Source of the DNA: Amoeboaphelidium protococcarum X5
Taxonomy: Eukaryota > Fungi > Aphelidiomycota
Assembly: GCA_023515725.1 (NCBI GenBank)
Contig: JALDTO010000200.1
Coordinates: forward strand, 550,276-614,275
Direction: 5' to 3'
Length of the DNA: 64,000 nucleotides
Shown: piece after piece, positions 13,291-26,364 of the stretch
Numbering within the stretch: position 1 is the stretch's first letter
Layout: every line of letters begins with the position of its first letter
Notes under the pieces: model-generated
Seen by the model: only the letters and a program-made list of their open reading frames with translations
Database searches by the model: none
Told to the model about the DNA's origin: nothing
Translations under genes and position numbers: made by a program

Positions 13291-14469
13291 TCACATTTGT
13301 TTGATATAGTCTGGCACATCGTCAAACCATGGATGTCTCAGAGCATCTCCAGCCCCAATTCTTATAGCTGGCTGGTACAGAAGCATTCTGGAGCACAGGT
13401 CGGCACAGTCGAAATCTCCATTCTACCCATTACCGTTTGTACCAACGTCACTTCTATGCATAAGTGGCAATACATTTCTCAATGAGTTGGCAATCTACTA
13501 CTACAGCTGATTAACATCATTCACAGAACTGATACCATACGCACCATACCGTCCGCCACTGCTGCTGGCCTTCTGATTGACATACGTGATCACGGTCTTC
13601 CACTCTGGATATTCTGAGCACTTTGGCCAGCTGGATTAATTATCATACGGTATACCGAGGATCTTGAATATTCTCCAGCACTGATCCTGATTGTTTTTAC
13701 CGGCAAATAAAGGCCTGCACCCACCATTAATTTTCTCTTTGCCATCCGCACTGAACTGTGGATAAATGACGTTAAATAGCTCACCCAATATGCATCCAGC
13801 CGACCATATATCAATACTAGTGTTGTAATTCTTACTTCCCAGTAGGACATCAGGCGCGCGATACCATAGAGTGACCACCTCATTACTAAATGTATTCACG
13901 GGGATACCAAAAGCTCTCGCCAGACCGAAATCCGCCAACTTTAACACCAAAGTTGGATTTCCATCAATGGTGGCGTGTTTGATCAGCAAATTTTGTGGCT
14001 TCAGGTCCCGGTGAAGAATTCGATTCTCATGGCAGAACTGCAAGCCTTTCAGCATCTGGTAGATGAACGACTTTATAACGGAAACCTCGAGTCCTTTGAG
14101 CGGAAGTTTGTTGAGGCTCGTACCGGATTTTTAGGCCAACTACAACTACTGATTGTACAGTTTATCCACAGCAATGTCACAGTACTTCTTCAGATCTAAG
14201 TCCATAAACTCAAATATTAACACCAACTTTTCCTCAGTATGCAACACATCCATGAGCGAAACTATATGCGGATGCTTAAGCTCTTTCATAAGACTTATCT
14301 CCCTTATGGCAGTACTCGGTGCTCCCTCTTCCTCATTTAAGCGAATCTCTTTCAACGCCACGATCATCCCGGCATTGCTTGGTGACTGCTGCGACGACTT
14401 GAGTCTGCCTTTAAACACAGTGGCATAGGTACCCTCACCCAGCTTTTCCATTTTAACATACTTTTCCAT
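13291..14469 (-). CDS. PHO85: Pho85/CDK5-family cyclin-dependent kinase
   Basis: [68 protein letters not shown]. Confidence 0.93.
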
Positions 14470-14756
14470 ATTTAATTATAGTGTAATAATAACTGATGAC
14501 TGGCAACTTTACGAACAACTATTGTACAAAAAAGGCAAATGAGTTAAAATGACGAAAAATACTTTGTCCGAGTTTTGACTCTATACTCTCAGTATTTTCA
14601 GTCAGTATACTGGCACAAATTTTACCAACATCAAAAAAACAATAAAGTAGTATTCTATAAATTTATTATTAAAGTCACTTTCAATCTTCAAAAATCCACC
14701 ATCATCAAGTAATCTAAATCAGGACGCGAAATGGTTAATAGTCGACATTAAGGTGA

Positions 14757-15323
14757 TCAATAAAAGTCGTCATCTTAACCACCACCCCACTTCCCTTCAG
14801 GTTCTTCAATATCAGAATAGAATTGAGCACGAGGCTATGGGCCTATGCGTGGGGACATCCTCTGATCCACCGGTACCTCCAGCTATTGCGCGCTGTGAAT
14901 GGACTGCAGGTGTTACGGCTATAACTATTAGGGCTTTCTTTACCTATATCTAAACTTGACTGTGTTCGGATTCACAAGCTTATCGAACTCTTTCCTCAGA
15001 AGCCGTGGATCTACTTAATTATCTCCATCTGGCTATTTCTTGACAGGGAATACTATAGCCTGTTAGCTCAATCTTCCTTTATTCAACACCCCGTATCCCC
15101 TCTAGACAACAGTGAGCTCAGCGGCAGCATCCACAGTATCACCACCTTCACGAACAGGTTACTCGACTCTGGTAGGATCTTCTGGCTGCAGCTCAATATC
15201 ACCAGGTAACTCAGCATTCCTTTTTTCTTCACTCTTGAACAGATTACGCCACCATTACGGCTGTGCAGAGGCTAATGACACGCAAGACACGATCAGTAAC
15301 AATAACAAGGATTAAATGTGCAT
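14757..15323 (-). CDS. Orphan secreted protein (188 aa)
   Basis: Signal peptide MHIQSLLLLLIVSCVSLASA; open to TGA 14757 with TAR=Gln. Confidence 0.75.
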
Positions 15324-15550
15324 TCTTTCGCGTTAATCTCCGTCGAAAATAATTAACAGAGAAGAAGATAAGAGGCGGGGCTACGCAGAGTTTAAAATGA
15401 CTGCAAAGTCGTCCTAGAGAACATTGCTTCGAAAGCGGGGGAGCAAAAATGATTTTACCCCTTGATCAGTATTACAAAGCGCGTCAATTTAAAATCGCGT
15501 TTGGAGTGTGTTCACTAGTTAATTATCATGCATAGACATTTACTGTACAG

Positions 15551-16282
15551 TCAAATAAAATCATCTTCATCTTCGCAGTATTCACCCAGCTATTCCACAT
15601 CGATGCAAAGTGAGTTGAGTATAGACTTGAGAGTGCATTTGACCGCGTTTGATCCGTCGCTGTAACAGTTGTCACGACTTTTCTGCACGAAATCACGCAC
15701 ATCTCTTGCAGCTTAGATTGCAATGTTGCTCCATTTAAATGTTAGCTCATCAGTTTTCTGTATAGCACCTTCTTCTCTGTACTTGGATAGTAAAGCTAAT
15801 TGACGTTTGAGGTCGCCTTACTTCTTGAGTTACGCTTAGAGCAACGTCAATCTTGAGCTTGAAGGGGCTCCACCTTCTCCCGACGTTCTTGCGCGTTTCA
15901 CATTGCGATTCATCCCCAAAGACTTTCTTTTGATACCAGTCACTTACTGCTGCTGCTCAGTACTCTCAGGTTCTTGATTTTCCGTACTTTACAGTAAAGA
16001 ATCTTGTTCATGATACAGTATGATCACGGTGTCGTAGAATTTACATCTCACATTATGAGTATCCTTGAATTCTTTCAGCAAACGCTACACATGATCCTTA
16101 TACAGTACCTTGATTCATCAGTTTGAAATTTACGTACGTACCTGCAAAGTCTAAACATCACTTTCCTCAAATTTGAAATTAGTATCAGCCTTTGATAGAA
16201 CAAGAGGTCGACTAAGAATGCCTTCATCTTTTATCAGCTGGCTATGTATTAATCTGGCTGCGTGTACCTTCAAGGACATCAT
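15551..16282 (-). CDS. Sfr1/Mei5-like recombination mediator
   Basis: C-terminal TDELTFKWSNIAIQAARDV...TLKSILNSLCIDVEQLGEYCEDEDDF resembles the Sfr1/Mei5 domain; intron starts 16141 (likely 16085-16141). Confidence 0.65.
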
Positions 16283-16406
16283 TTTGGTAATCTGAAAGTG
16301 AAACAACTTTAACTGAACTAGAAAGAAAACGCTAGCTAGCCTGACAAAAACTATAAGCGAATTTCTATTTTATTATAAGTTCAATTTCAACGCCTTGTGG
16401 ATTCAT

Positions 16407-17465
16407 TCAAAGATCATAAGGGGGTATGACAGGCATTTCTTAACGGATTTCATGCCATTTGTTTGCTACTTGAGTCACAAATATTGTTCGACCTGATGTC
16501 TTGAAGTACGTGTCATTAATCATGTCCCCAATCCTATTTCTCTGCTGGGTATACTGACTTTAAAAGGTACGCATGGCCTCCATATAAGCCCAACGTATAT
16601 CCTTATTCTCTTCAATCAGCGTTTGCAAATCTTACAAGAGGTGTATATAATACGACAATGTCTCTATAACTAGATTATTTCTAGTTTCAATGTGGTGATA
16701 GATAAGCTCGCCCTTTGAACTGAACTCTGCGACGGACTTGCCAAAGCCAGCTTAACTCGCCATTTTCATTCTATCTTTCTTACTCTCATATCTATCAAAT
16801 TGCACCCGCAGATCAAAATACTCTTGGAAAGCAGACGGCATTGGAAACTTGGCTTTTCTGTGTTACTGAACTACAGCAGTTAACTCTTCGATAAGTGGAG
16901 GAATGGCATCCTTAGACCATGTAGCGCCAAGTCTAAGATCAGCCAGTTTAAGATAGCATTACTCGGCATACCTCGCAACCGTGGCAAACTTCAACAGCTC
17001 CATATCTAGTATATCCGCTGCGATGGCCTCTTTCAAGGTTGCCTAAGGACGAGCTGCCATCTTGGGAGCCTTAAAGCCGCTGCTTGAAGCCTGTTGATCG
17101 CTTTAAGGATCATTTGCAGCTGCCACTTTACTATCCTTCGCGCGTCTATAATCTTCTTCCTATTTGCTCTGATGACTGGCTTTGATTGCGGCCTTCAAAT
17201 AGAAGTCACCTTCATCATCGGCATCATAGCGGGGAGATTACTCTCTGTTTAATGATAGAGCGCCCACTGGAAATGCTGCATTATCTTTCACCTACTGACG
17301 AGATAAACTCCAGTCATTTACTTTATCATCCAAAAAATCACTGCTCCAAAAGGATCTGGTCGGTGTCTATTTCTTTTGCCAGCTCTGAAAAGCTCTCCAA
17401 GGATGCATTGCATCGTATTAAGAGCAAACAATTGCCATAATTAAAATCACGCTAAGAAGCAGCAT
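16407..17465 (-). CDS. Orphan secreted protein (352 aa)
   Basis: Signal peptide MLLLSVILIMAIVCS; uninterrupted frame to TGA 16407. Confidence 0.75.
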
Positions 17466-17647
17466 ATTGTTATAATTGCTGGCAATGTATATCGTAATTG
17501 ATGTTAATGAGAAAGAGTACAATGGCCATCTTGGGAGAAATCGCCGCAAAATTTCTAAATACTCCAACCCCTGAAACTGCCATGACACGTCTAAGATGAA
17601 AAAATGAACCTAATATGTATAAAAAAGACAATTTTAAGATTTCGTCA

Positions 17648-18376
17648 TCATTATGTTTAACGTAGGCCCATTTGGGATTAAGCAATTAAGGCAGCTGGCT
17701 ATAAGCGGCCGCGGATATGCCGGAATTGTTAACTAACGATCGACTAGACTTTCATCACTCTGAGTCTCTCCGACTTTTCAGGCTTGATCCTCTCCGTTAT
17801 AATGAGATTCAAGAGCTTGTGAAAACGCTGTGCACTACTCCATTTATCTATCGGGCTTAAAGTAGACATTTCAATGTGCTCATACACATCAGATATTAAG
17901 CCTTCCATATCGCTAGTCGATTCAATGTTCTTGGTCTTCACGAATGCAATTGCCAACCTCTGAAATGACGTAAGAGCCTCCTTTCTACCCTGGGCGGTGC
18001 AGTAATAATTGTGATTTACACCAGATTATGTATAAGATTTTTCCTACGTATCATCACCATTGACTTGATAATTTACCGAATAAGCAGCCTACTGACGCGC
18101 TGAATGACCACCTCGCTGCTACTGCTACTACAAGCGATCAACAGGTACTTGAGGCGATGAAATATCTGCAGACCTCATAATCTATTCCTACTAAGCAGGC
18201 GTATCTCTCTAGCTCCACTATCTTTACGGCTTATCATCATCATCACCATTCAATCTAAAGTTTTTGAATCGACTTGCAGTAATTCCACCGTCAACAGTAA
18301 ACATCATCATCAACATCTATAAAGTGATCAAAAGCACAAATGCGCGACTTTATCCCGTCTACATCATAATCATCAT
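17648..18376 (-). CDS. Orphan secreted protein (242 aa), GxxxS motif after predicted signal cleavage
   Basis: Hydrophobic N-terminus ...AFVLLITLQMLMMMFTVDG then GITASRFK; ends TAA-TGA. Confidence 0.7.
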
Positions 18377-18593
18377 ATTTATAACTTCCTTACTGAGCCA
18401 GTAAACACTTTGATTAAAGAATAGAAAAATCAGATGGGATGTTTCTTCTCACATGACAGCTCTCCGGAAATTGAAAGTCCGACTCGGCACGTGTTTTTAA
18501 GGGACATCACTGTGAGCCAAAGTCGATTTGAAAATGTAGAAATGGATAAAATCAAAGAAGTAAATTGCATTCGAACAAAGTATATCATTCATA

Positions 18594-19103
18594 TCATTTA
18601 ACGATGTACTTAAATTCTTTGACAATACTAGTAATTTTATTCAGCAGTTTGTCGCGCAGAATATCAAAATTAGCATCACCCATTTCCATGTACTCAGGCC
18701 TGAGTTAAATTTCTCCCAGCTACGAGGCTAAAGCAACATACAACTCCCTTTCAAACTCTTATAATCGCCCTAATTCTACGCGCTCACCCTCACTCTCTGA
18801 TGTAATCAAAAACGCTGCATATATTAAAGAGTTGTTAATGTCCACGCTGCGAATATCATCGACAACTTGCAAATCTGAGGTCAAAGCAGTCTTTACAGCG
18901 AGTTTAGCAATCCGCTCAGCAGATGGCCTGATCAATGCAAAAAAGTCCGACTGCTCTTCTTAGGAATTGCACTCACGGTACTCTGTGGGAGTATCTTCCG
19001 AATATCTTTCGTCAACACCTTTGCTAAGACACAAACCAGCGCTTATGTGCGAAATTAATATCACGAAAGTAATGAAACACGTCCAAAAATATCGTTTATA
19101 CAT
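18594..19103 (-). CDS. Orphan secreted protein (169 aa), GLCLSK after predicted signal cleavage
   Basis: MYKRYFWTCFITFVILISHISA then GLCLSKG; open to TGA 18594. Confidence 0.75.
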
Positions 19104-19315
19104 CTTACGTAGTACGATGATTCAAAGGAGGAAAAAGTGGCGATCAGATCACGGAGAATGAGAGATAAAGATAAAATGGTCCAAAAAAACATTCGAGAAC
19201 TAGTCAAGTCCTTTTTTCCCGCTCCGTTCTGATACAATTGCTAACTATATTATTTCTTGGTATTCTTGGTATTGCTTGATTTATAGACGATTAGTACTAC
19301 CATACAGCAACATAA

Positions 19316-20218
19316 ATGAGTTAGTAAAATGCTTAGAGATCGTTGAATGCTCAGACGAAGGAACTGGCGAATAAGGTGCGTAACCTTGATATTCCAATGG
19401 CTCCAGTGAGGTCGAAATAGGACAGAGCTAAAGTTAGTTTCCAGAATACCGCCAGCACAAGCGGCGACTGGATGAATGCAAAGACTCCAGTAAGAGCGTC
19501 TTCCTAATCCTCTGTACGAAATGTGGTGTAAAGCAGTAATACTGACACATCGCTCGGATTTAAATTATTTAGTATAATAGAGTACTTGAAATCGTGCGAT
19601 GAGCCGCAATCCGAGAGTTAAATCAAATAGTTTTTGAGTAATTTAGACTTGAATGATGATTAGATTTGGAGTGTCACACAGTAGAACGCTAAGATTTTAT
19701 ATCAGAATGGAGTGTATTAGTATAAACCAGCATTCAGTGCGCGTAGTAAAGAGGAACTTTTGCGCGTAATTCGAGATCATTGGAAGTAGAATAAGGGCGG
19801 TATACATTACAAGGAGTTTAAAGACTCATGGCGGGGTATTCCTGATGCAATAGAACAGCTTTGTTCGAGCAATGACATCATTGTTACCAGACTCAAGGAT
19901 GGACGTCCGCATATACTGTATTATAATGACATGCCTCAAGTTAAACTTAATCAGTTCCCCGCATTTGAACAACTCTGGCACGAGTACTCTGTTAAAGAGG
20001 GTGAACTGGGAGTGGCCATGCAAGAGATGGAGAAGGCTGGACTGAGTCTTTTGCAGCTATCAGAGTCTCAATAGACTGCAGGTGGCGGTCCATAGAATAA
20101 TAAAAAGAAATCTCGTAAAGGACGTCTTACCAAGATCACCAACACTCATCTCACAGACATTGATCTCACCGTAGACTACAAGCCACCGAGTGATATTAAG
20201 TCTGAGAAGAAATAATGA
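19316..20218 (+). CDS. TFA2: Transcription initiation factor TFIIE beta subunit
   Basis: QLFSIIEYLK, YQYKPAFSARSKEELL, GGIHYKEFKDSW, C-terminal KITNTHL. Confidence 0.88.
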
Positions 20219-20527
20219 TCTATGACACTCTCTCACATTGTAATAAAATACGCTTTCTAGATCACATTTTTAATTCTTTTGAATTACTGGTATGAGCACG
20301 CTCCATTTAATCATATGACATCCTCCCTCTGCCTGTGTCATTCTGCTCTGATTCGCCAACTGTTCAGTCCACGCGCGTTGTTGTTTTCATTCTGGCCTGT
20401 CTGAATCGTCGTCCTCTCTTGGGCCCTGAAAATTTTCTTCTTTCTCACCCTTTCTCTTACTTCTTTATTTATTTAATTTATTAGTGCACAGGTGAGTGTT
20501 TTTATTAAGCTACTTTTATTGTTTGAA

Positions 20528-22120
20528 ATGGATTTTACTCTACCTCCTCCCGCACTGCTTACACCGCTCAATTCGAATGAATAGCTGAATCTTAGTGACA
20601 ACATTAGCGATGACTGCGGCTATAATTTAGAATAGTGGATGAAGTACAACTAGAAGCGAATCTTGCGTATGAATTAGAAAAGAGTTGGTGATTTGCATTC
20701 AGTACCTAGGTGTGACAAGCGTGTTGTATTAAAGAATCGTGGTACTCAGAATGACGAGGATATCAAGTGTTAATTGCAGGCAGTCTTGCAAGATGTTTTA
20801 CCGTCTTCTGCTGCTGCCTTATCCACACCGTCTGCTTCTGTTCACATTAAGCGAATGACTGGTGCAATGACCAATTGTATGTTTCTTCTAACAATAGACA
20901 CTTCTTCAGCTTCTTCTTCTTCTCAGCTATAGGAGGATGATGATGGTGAGCAAAAGTATTTATTCAGAGTCTATGGCGAAGGCAGCGAAAAGCTGTTCAG
21001 TCGCGACAGAGAGTTGAAAGTGTTGCAGACCATGTCCTGTCTCGATATTGGCCCACATATCATTGCCAAATTTGCTAATGGTAGAATTGAGCAGTTTATA
21101 TAGAATTATCAGATGACTTCGAAAGATATACGTGTTTCTGAGAACAATAAAGACATTGCCGCCAGTATGTTTGAGATTCACTCACTCATTGGATTGATGC
21201 CATTGGAATCGGATTCAGAGTCTTGTTAAAGCAGCGTTAAAAGATCAGCTTCTCGCGCTAGAAGAGCTCTGTCTATTACCAGTGCATTAAAGTAGGTTAT
21301 CCATAGTGAATTGGAACTCCGTCTTATGGATTGGTTTAATTAAGCTGTACTCGCACTGCCGACGTTGAAAGAGAAGTATCCATAGAGATGGAGTGATATT
21401 GAACAATGCGATATAGATAAAAAGCAGTAGCTGATATCACTATGCATTAATCATATCAAATCTCGGTAGTCTCCGGTAGTCTTTTGTCATTGCGATAGCC
21501 AGTATGGAAATATCTTGAGATCTACCGAGACTGGGCAGATTGTGATTATAGATTACGAGTACGCTTGTTATGCTTATAGAGGCTTCGATCTCGCCAACCA
21601 CTTTTGTGAATGGATGGCCAATTATCATTGTGATCGCCCTCATTGGCTCGACATAGATAAGTTTCCTACCAGAGAAGAGCAGATTGAATTTGTGGATTCT
21701 TACCTGACTGCCAGGGATTCTTATCTCCAATCTGCGCTTTAATAATCCACAAAGTCAGAAAAGGGCTCCTCAATAGGTTCTCAGCATGATATCTCTCTGC
21801 GCAGTAACTCGATCTTAAACTAGTCGCCTCTATTTGCGCCAATTAATTTACTGCTTGGTGGTCCATCACCTGTTCTATCTCCTACTCTGTCTCCTCATCT
21901 GAGTGCTGAACAACATCTCGAGTTGCGCCATAGAGAGATTGAGATGATTTTGAAAGAAGTAGAGTTCTTTGTGCCCATCAGTCACTTGATGTGGTCACTG
22001 TGGGCATTCATCTAGGCAAGCCAGAGTACAATTGATTTTGATTACGTATCATATGCTCTATAGAGATTCCATCTATTTGAAGAGATGTTTGACAAGTATG
22101 TACAATAACAATTTGATTGA
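20528..22120 (+). CDS. Choline/ethanolamine kinase
   Basis: MTGAMTN, YLFRVYG, VFCHCDSQYGNIL, IIDYEYACYAYRGFDLANHFCEW. Confidence 0.93.
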
Positions 22121-22259
22121 TTGATAACTATCGTGTTTACTACTGTAATCAATTAGTTTTATTACCCTAGCTGAAAAGAGAATACGTGAAAGGGAAGAAA
22201 TAGAACCCGATAGAAGAGAAAGTAAAAGGACAAGACAATGAAGTTTATAAATGTTTATG

Positions 22260-22455
22260 TCATACTTGGATATTATTGACTGCCAACGAAGACAACTTCT
22301 TGCCGTAAAAAGCAACGCCAACTAGAAAGCATTCACAATCGCGCAAATCGGCTACACAGTTCTAATCAATGATTTGTTTCAAGCCCGTTTTAGCATCCTC
22401 CTGAAGATCACTTTCACGCTTCGAAAGCTTGATTCAAATACAAACACCCTTTTCA
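22260..22455 (-). pseudogene. Remnant C-terminus of a PD-(D/E)XK (PDDEXK_9-like) nuclease domain
   Basis: VFVFE, then a frameshift, then IKLSKRESDLQEDAKTGLKQIIDQNCVADLRDCECFLVGVAFYGKK; matches the E-x-K...QI...G-x-AF-x-GK pattern. Confidence 0.55.
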
Positions 22456-22470
22456 ATTGGAGAAATCGGT

Positions 22471-23782
22471 CTTGAATGTGTGATCGGCGGATAAAACTCT
22501 TCCAGTGATAGCCATCAGAGAAGCTCGCTATATTTGGCTATTTCGAGTAGAGAACAGTTCATATGACTTAATAAGCAATTGAACGGTGGGGACAGCTTAG
22601 TGCCATCCATTCTTATCCTAACTTTACCCAAAAGGTTTGATTTTCCCAGAATGATTAGCATGAACAACCAATGGATGCTTCTAAGAATAACAAGCAAAAC
22701 TATAATAGACATCTTACTATCGCCAGTGGTGTGCATCATTTACCTCTCGATATATCTTTTAGACATCTGCAAAAGATGTTCCCTTAGACACAGCTGCCGC
22801 AATCAGCATTTGCATGTCCAAGTCCAAGCAAGATTTTGGGAAAACAACCGCGGGAAGTTGAGCACTTATGAAAGATGGCATTTAATCCAAAGCTCTTTTA
22901 TCATACTGTGAACTCTGTAGAGCAAGTTTTGCATCGATAACGCATGCAAATAACATCAAATTCCCTGCCTAAGGATATCACTCTCCGGGGACCGCAATCG
23001 TTCCATCCAATGTAAGTAACTCTGGACTCTGAGGGAGAGCAATTTACGCAGGGCATGTGTCTCATATACTTCCAAAAGAATAACTCTGGAATCCAGAAAT
23101 AGGTAGGTACCGCTGAGAAAGACTCTGGAGATGTAGAGCCACAAAGCAGCGGATTCTCCGGATATACAACAATATCCCTCCATTTTGCTTTAACCTTCGG
23201 TACGCAGACACATATGCCATTCTCCTTAAATCTACCACAAGCAGTAGATCTTCCCTTTCTGTCTTCTCCCTTCATACATATCGCTATATCACTCACAAAG
23301 GGTGATAACCAAGCGTACTTCTTCTGATTTAGCCAACTCAAAGACGTCTACGCATTATCAAGATCATTATCTTCAACATTGACCTACTCAGCAACCAATG
23401 AAACACCAGTAACTTCCGACACACTACCTAATACGTCACTGCTAGAATCACTGGCACCATCTTGAACACCACCACTGATGACATTCTGTTACGTATTCAA
23501 ACCAGAAGCGCAATTATTCATGAAACTATCATCAATCACACCAGAGACCACCACTTGGGCTGTTGTGTTTTTGCGACCAAACAAGTCAGTAATAGACTTC
23601 TAAGACTTGTCAGGCGGCTTGCAAGACTTAGACTTCATATGGTATTACTTATTATTGGATGTAAATTACTTCTCGCATACAGGGCATGTCCAATAACTCT
23701 GATAATATTTCTTTGTCTGCTACACCTACCCATTCTTTCCGGGCTTAACATGAGGTTAGATTAATGAAGTTTTATTAGTCAT
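22471..23782 (-). mobile_element. Decayed DUF6729-type DNA transposase (frameshifted, truncated)
   Basis: N-terminal CPVC...H...C finger; YFWIPE...PCVNC...GWNDCGPRRV...RYRCKTC; frameshift near 22903; then LDQMPSFISAQLPAV...ITGRVLSADHTFK, where similarity stops. Confidence 0.7.
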
Positions 23783-24829
23783 TGCCTGATGAAGTTTCTA
23801 TATCAACTACAAATTGAACCTTTTGCACTTGTATCGATATTTTGAAGTTGAAACAGAGCGCGCTTTTGGCTCGTCGCCTTTTTGCACTTTTTGTTTGTTC
23901 CTCGTCTGGCTTGGACATTTGATTGGGTTGACCATGTTGATTCCAGAAAAAACTATTGCGATGAAATGAGCGATCGAAAATACTATAGAAACTTTACTTT
24001 TCTTATCTGAAATGTAGTGAACTCCCATCGACGCATATTCATATAATATGCATATGCGCATACAAATGTCTGTATAGTTGCATTTGTTAATTTTAGACTT
24101 CCTGCTCAATCGAAGCCTTAGACTAGAAGAGAGCTTCTTACGGAGAATAGAAAGTCAACTGCTGTGAATACGTACGTTGTTTCAACAAGTCTATTTTGTC
24201 GGGGTCGACACTTGATCGCAATGCCTGACGCCGACACCGGCAATTTGACTAGATCTAACCTACACATTACGGACGGAATACCCAATGAAAATCCAATATT
24301 ATGTATGTAACCAAGTCAACTAATACATTTTGGACCACAATCTTAGGACAATGATCTTCCAAATCTACGAACTTTCTAAAAACGGCGCGTTAGTGCATTA
24401 TTTATTACATTTCTCAAATAAGTATCGAACCAGGTTGAGAGAGCGCCAGCCATTTCCGCCAAGTGATTCAATTACGAAATCTACTATAGGCCGCGATACT
24501 ATAAGGATTTAATGCCAAGTGCTGCAAGTGTGACGCGGTCGGCTTCTTTATGACTCGTACAGTGTCTGGAATAATTTATGAAGGGATCATAAACTCCCAT
24601 TCATGTATTTACCCATCCAAAGGTTGGCGGTTGGTATTCAACTTTGCTTCCAGACTATCAGATTGAGTATCATATTTTACACTTTGATTTGACGTGTCAG
24701 AGCTTTCCATATTGAGCGTGCACTATTTATGATGATTGCTGACTCATAAAAGTGCTTCATCTTCCCTGTCTTTATGAACAAGTATACATCATACGAAAGC
24801 TTAAAATTTAAAACAATTCTGTGAAAAGT

Positions 24830-25480
24830 ATGGAGGTTCAGGATCTGAATCATGACTATATGAAGAGCATGTGGGTGGCCACTACGATCGCGCTGATATT
24901 ATACATCATTCTGAAGGTGATTATATCCGCAGCTCGTGTCAGCGCATTGTCTCAAATGGGAAAATCTGAGCCACTGCTTGGTGGAACGTCTGCTGGAGAA
25001 GTTCAAGGTGGTGTCAATAGCGTAGGGGAGCGTGAAGTTGGCGAAGGCTACGTGCGACTGAATGCAATAACCAAGATTATGAAAGAGACTTTGATAGTGG
25101 CAATTGCCATAGTGTTAATGACTGAATTCTGGTTGCTGCCAAGATCTATTCCTCAGCTAGATTATGATCAAAATGATGATGGCAGTCTGTTGTAAGGCCC
25201 CAAAGTGCCTGATGTTAAGCACGTTTCAATGTACTGGCCTAGTTTCATCCTATGGAGCTATCTGTTCCTTGCCATCGTATAGTGCGTACTCATTGGCATA
25301 ATTGATCCTTGGTTGGGTCATGATTATCGTCAGAGTGGAACTGCATATGGTTACCGATATCATGGTAGTGGAGTCTATGGTCGCCGTGAGGGCTATTTCA
25401 AGTACGTGGAAGTGTTTATGGACGCGTTGAAGGCCATTGCAGCTCTCGTATTTGTGATTATGGTATGGACTGTAATGTGA
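24830..25480 (+). CDS. Multi-pass membrane protein (~4 TM), unknown function
   Basis: 216-aa ORF with four hydrophobic segments. Confidence 0.7.
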
Positions 25481-25599
25481 TATTTGATCCTGATGGCGAA
25501 TTGCTTTACAATATTATAAATGACTTTATGAATGATAAAGATTGCATCTGAGTTTTATATTTTAAAGATTACAGTACCTATCAAATTTAATGACTTGGA

Positions 25600-26364
25600 T
25601 CACCTTTCTAATCGTTGTTAAACTTTCAACAGCAAGTCGACGATGATGGCGTGCTCCAAATCTACGAATTATAAAATATCTTGTAGCCATATTCTAAATT
25701 CTTCCGCATCATTATTGTCATAATTTTAGGTTCCAAGTAGAATGAGCAACAGCTTGAGAAGTATATACAATTAATTAGCAACGCTGATACTATCATCCAA
25801 ATTGGCAGCTTTCATCACGACCAGACGCGTTTTAACACGTTGAAACATCAACTAACAGAGCAACTTATCATCTTTAAACAGATTGAATATTTCATTTAAT
25901 ATATGATAATTATGTTTTGATAGTTTGCAATGGCTTTTCTCTATTACAGATGCGATAAACTCCCTAGGTTCCATGGATGTATCAATCTAAAGATGCTTTT
26001 AGACTTGTTCTAAGTTTTACAGCAGATCAACTACAGTTATATCGGCAGTTTATAAGACACTGCTGATGTGTGGAACTTCTACATCTAGTACTTGATTCTG
26101 TTCTATAGCTTGCTCTTGCAGTTCTTCCAATAGCTATTGAGTATCTTCGAATTGCGATTTATTCACTATCTCAGCTGGAAGATCATCATCTGCGAAAGGA
26201 TCTGTTTGAGTAGTTTGAGACTATTCTTGCTACTTTGGCTTTTTCTGAGAAGTCTTACGCGGCTTGCGTACTTTTTCCTTTTTCATACCTTGTTTCTTGT
26301 TATTTGATGATTTACAATGCAATACGTGCAGAGCTAAAGCCACCTTCAAGCTTAAATCATCCAT
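25600..26364 (-). CDS. Hypothetical helical protein (weak Mei4/Rec24-like N-terminus)
   Basis: 254-aa ORF; starts MDDLSLKVALALHVLH. Confidence 0.6.

Noticed and set aside
16085-16141. In-frame TGA in the Sfr1-like gene
   Set aside because: Removed by a frame-preserving GTACGT...AG intron.
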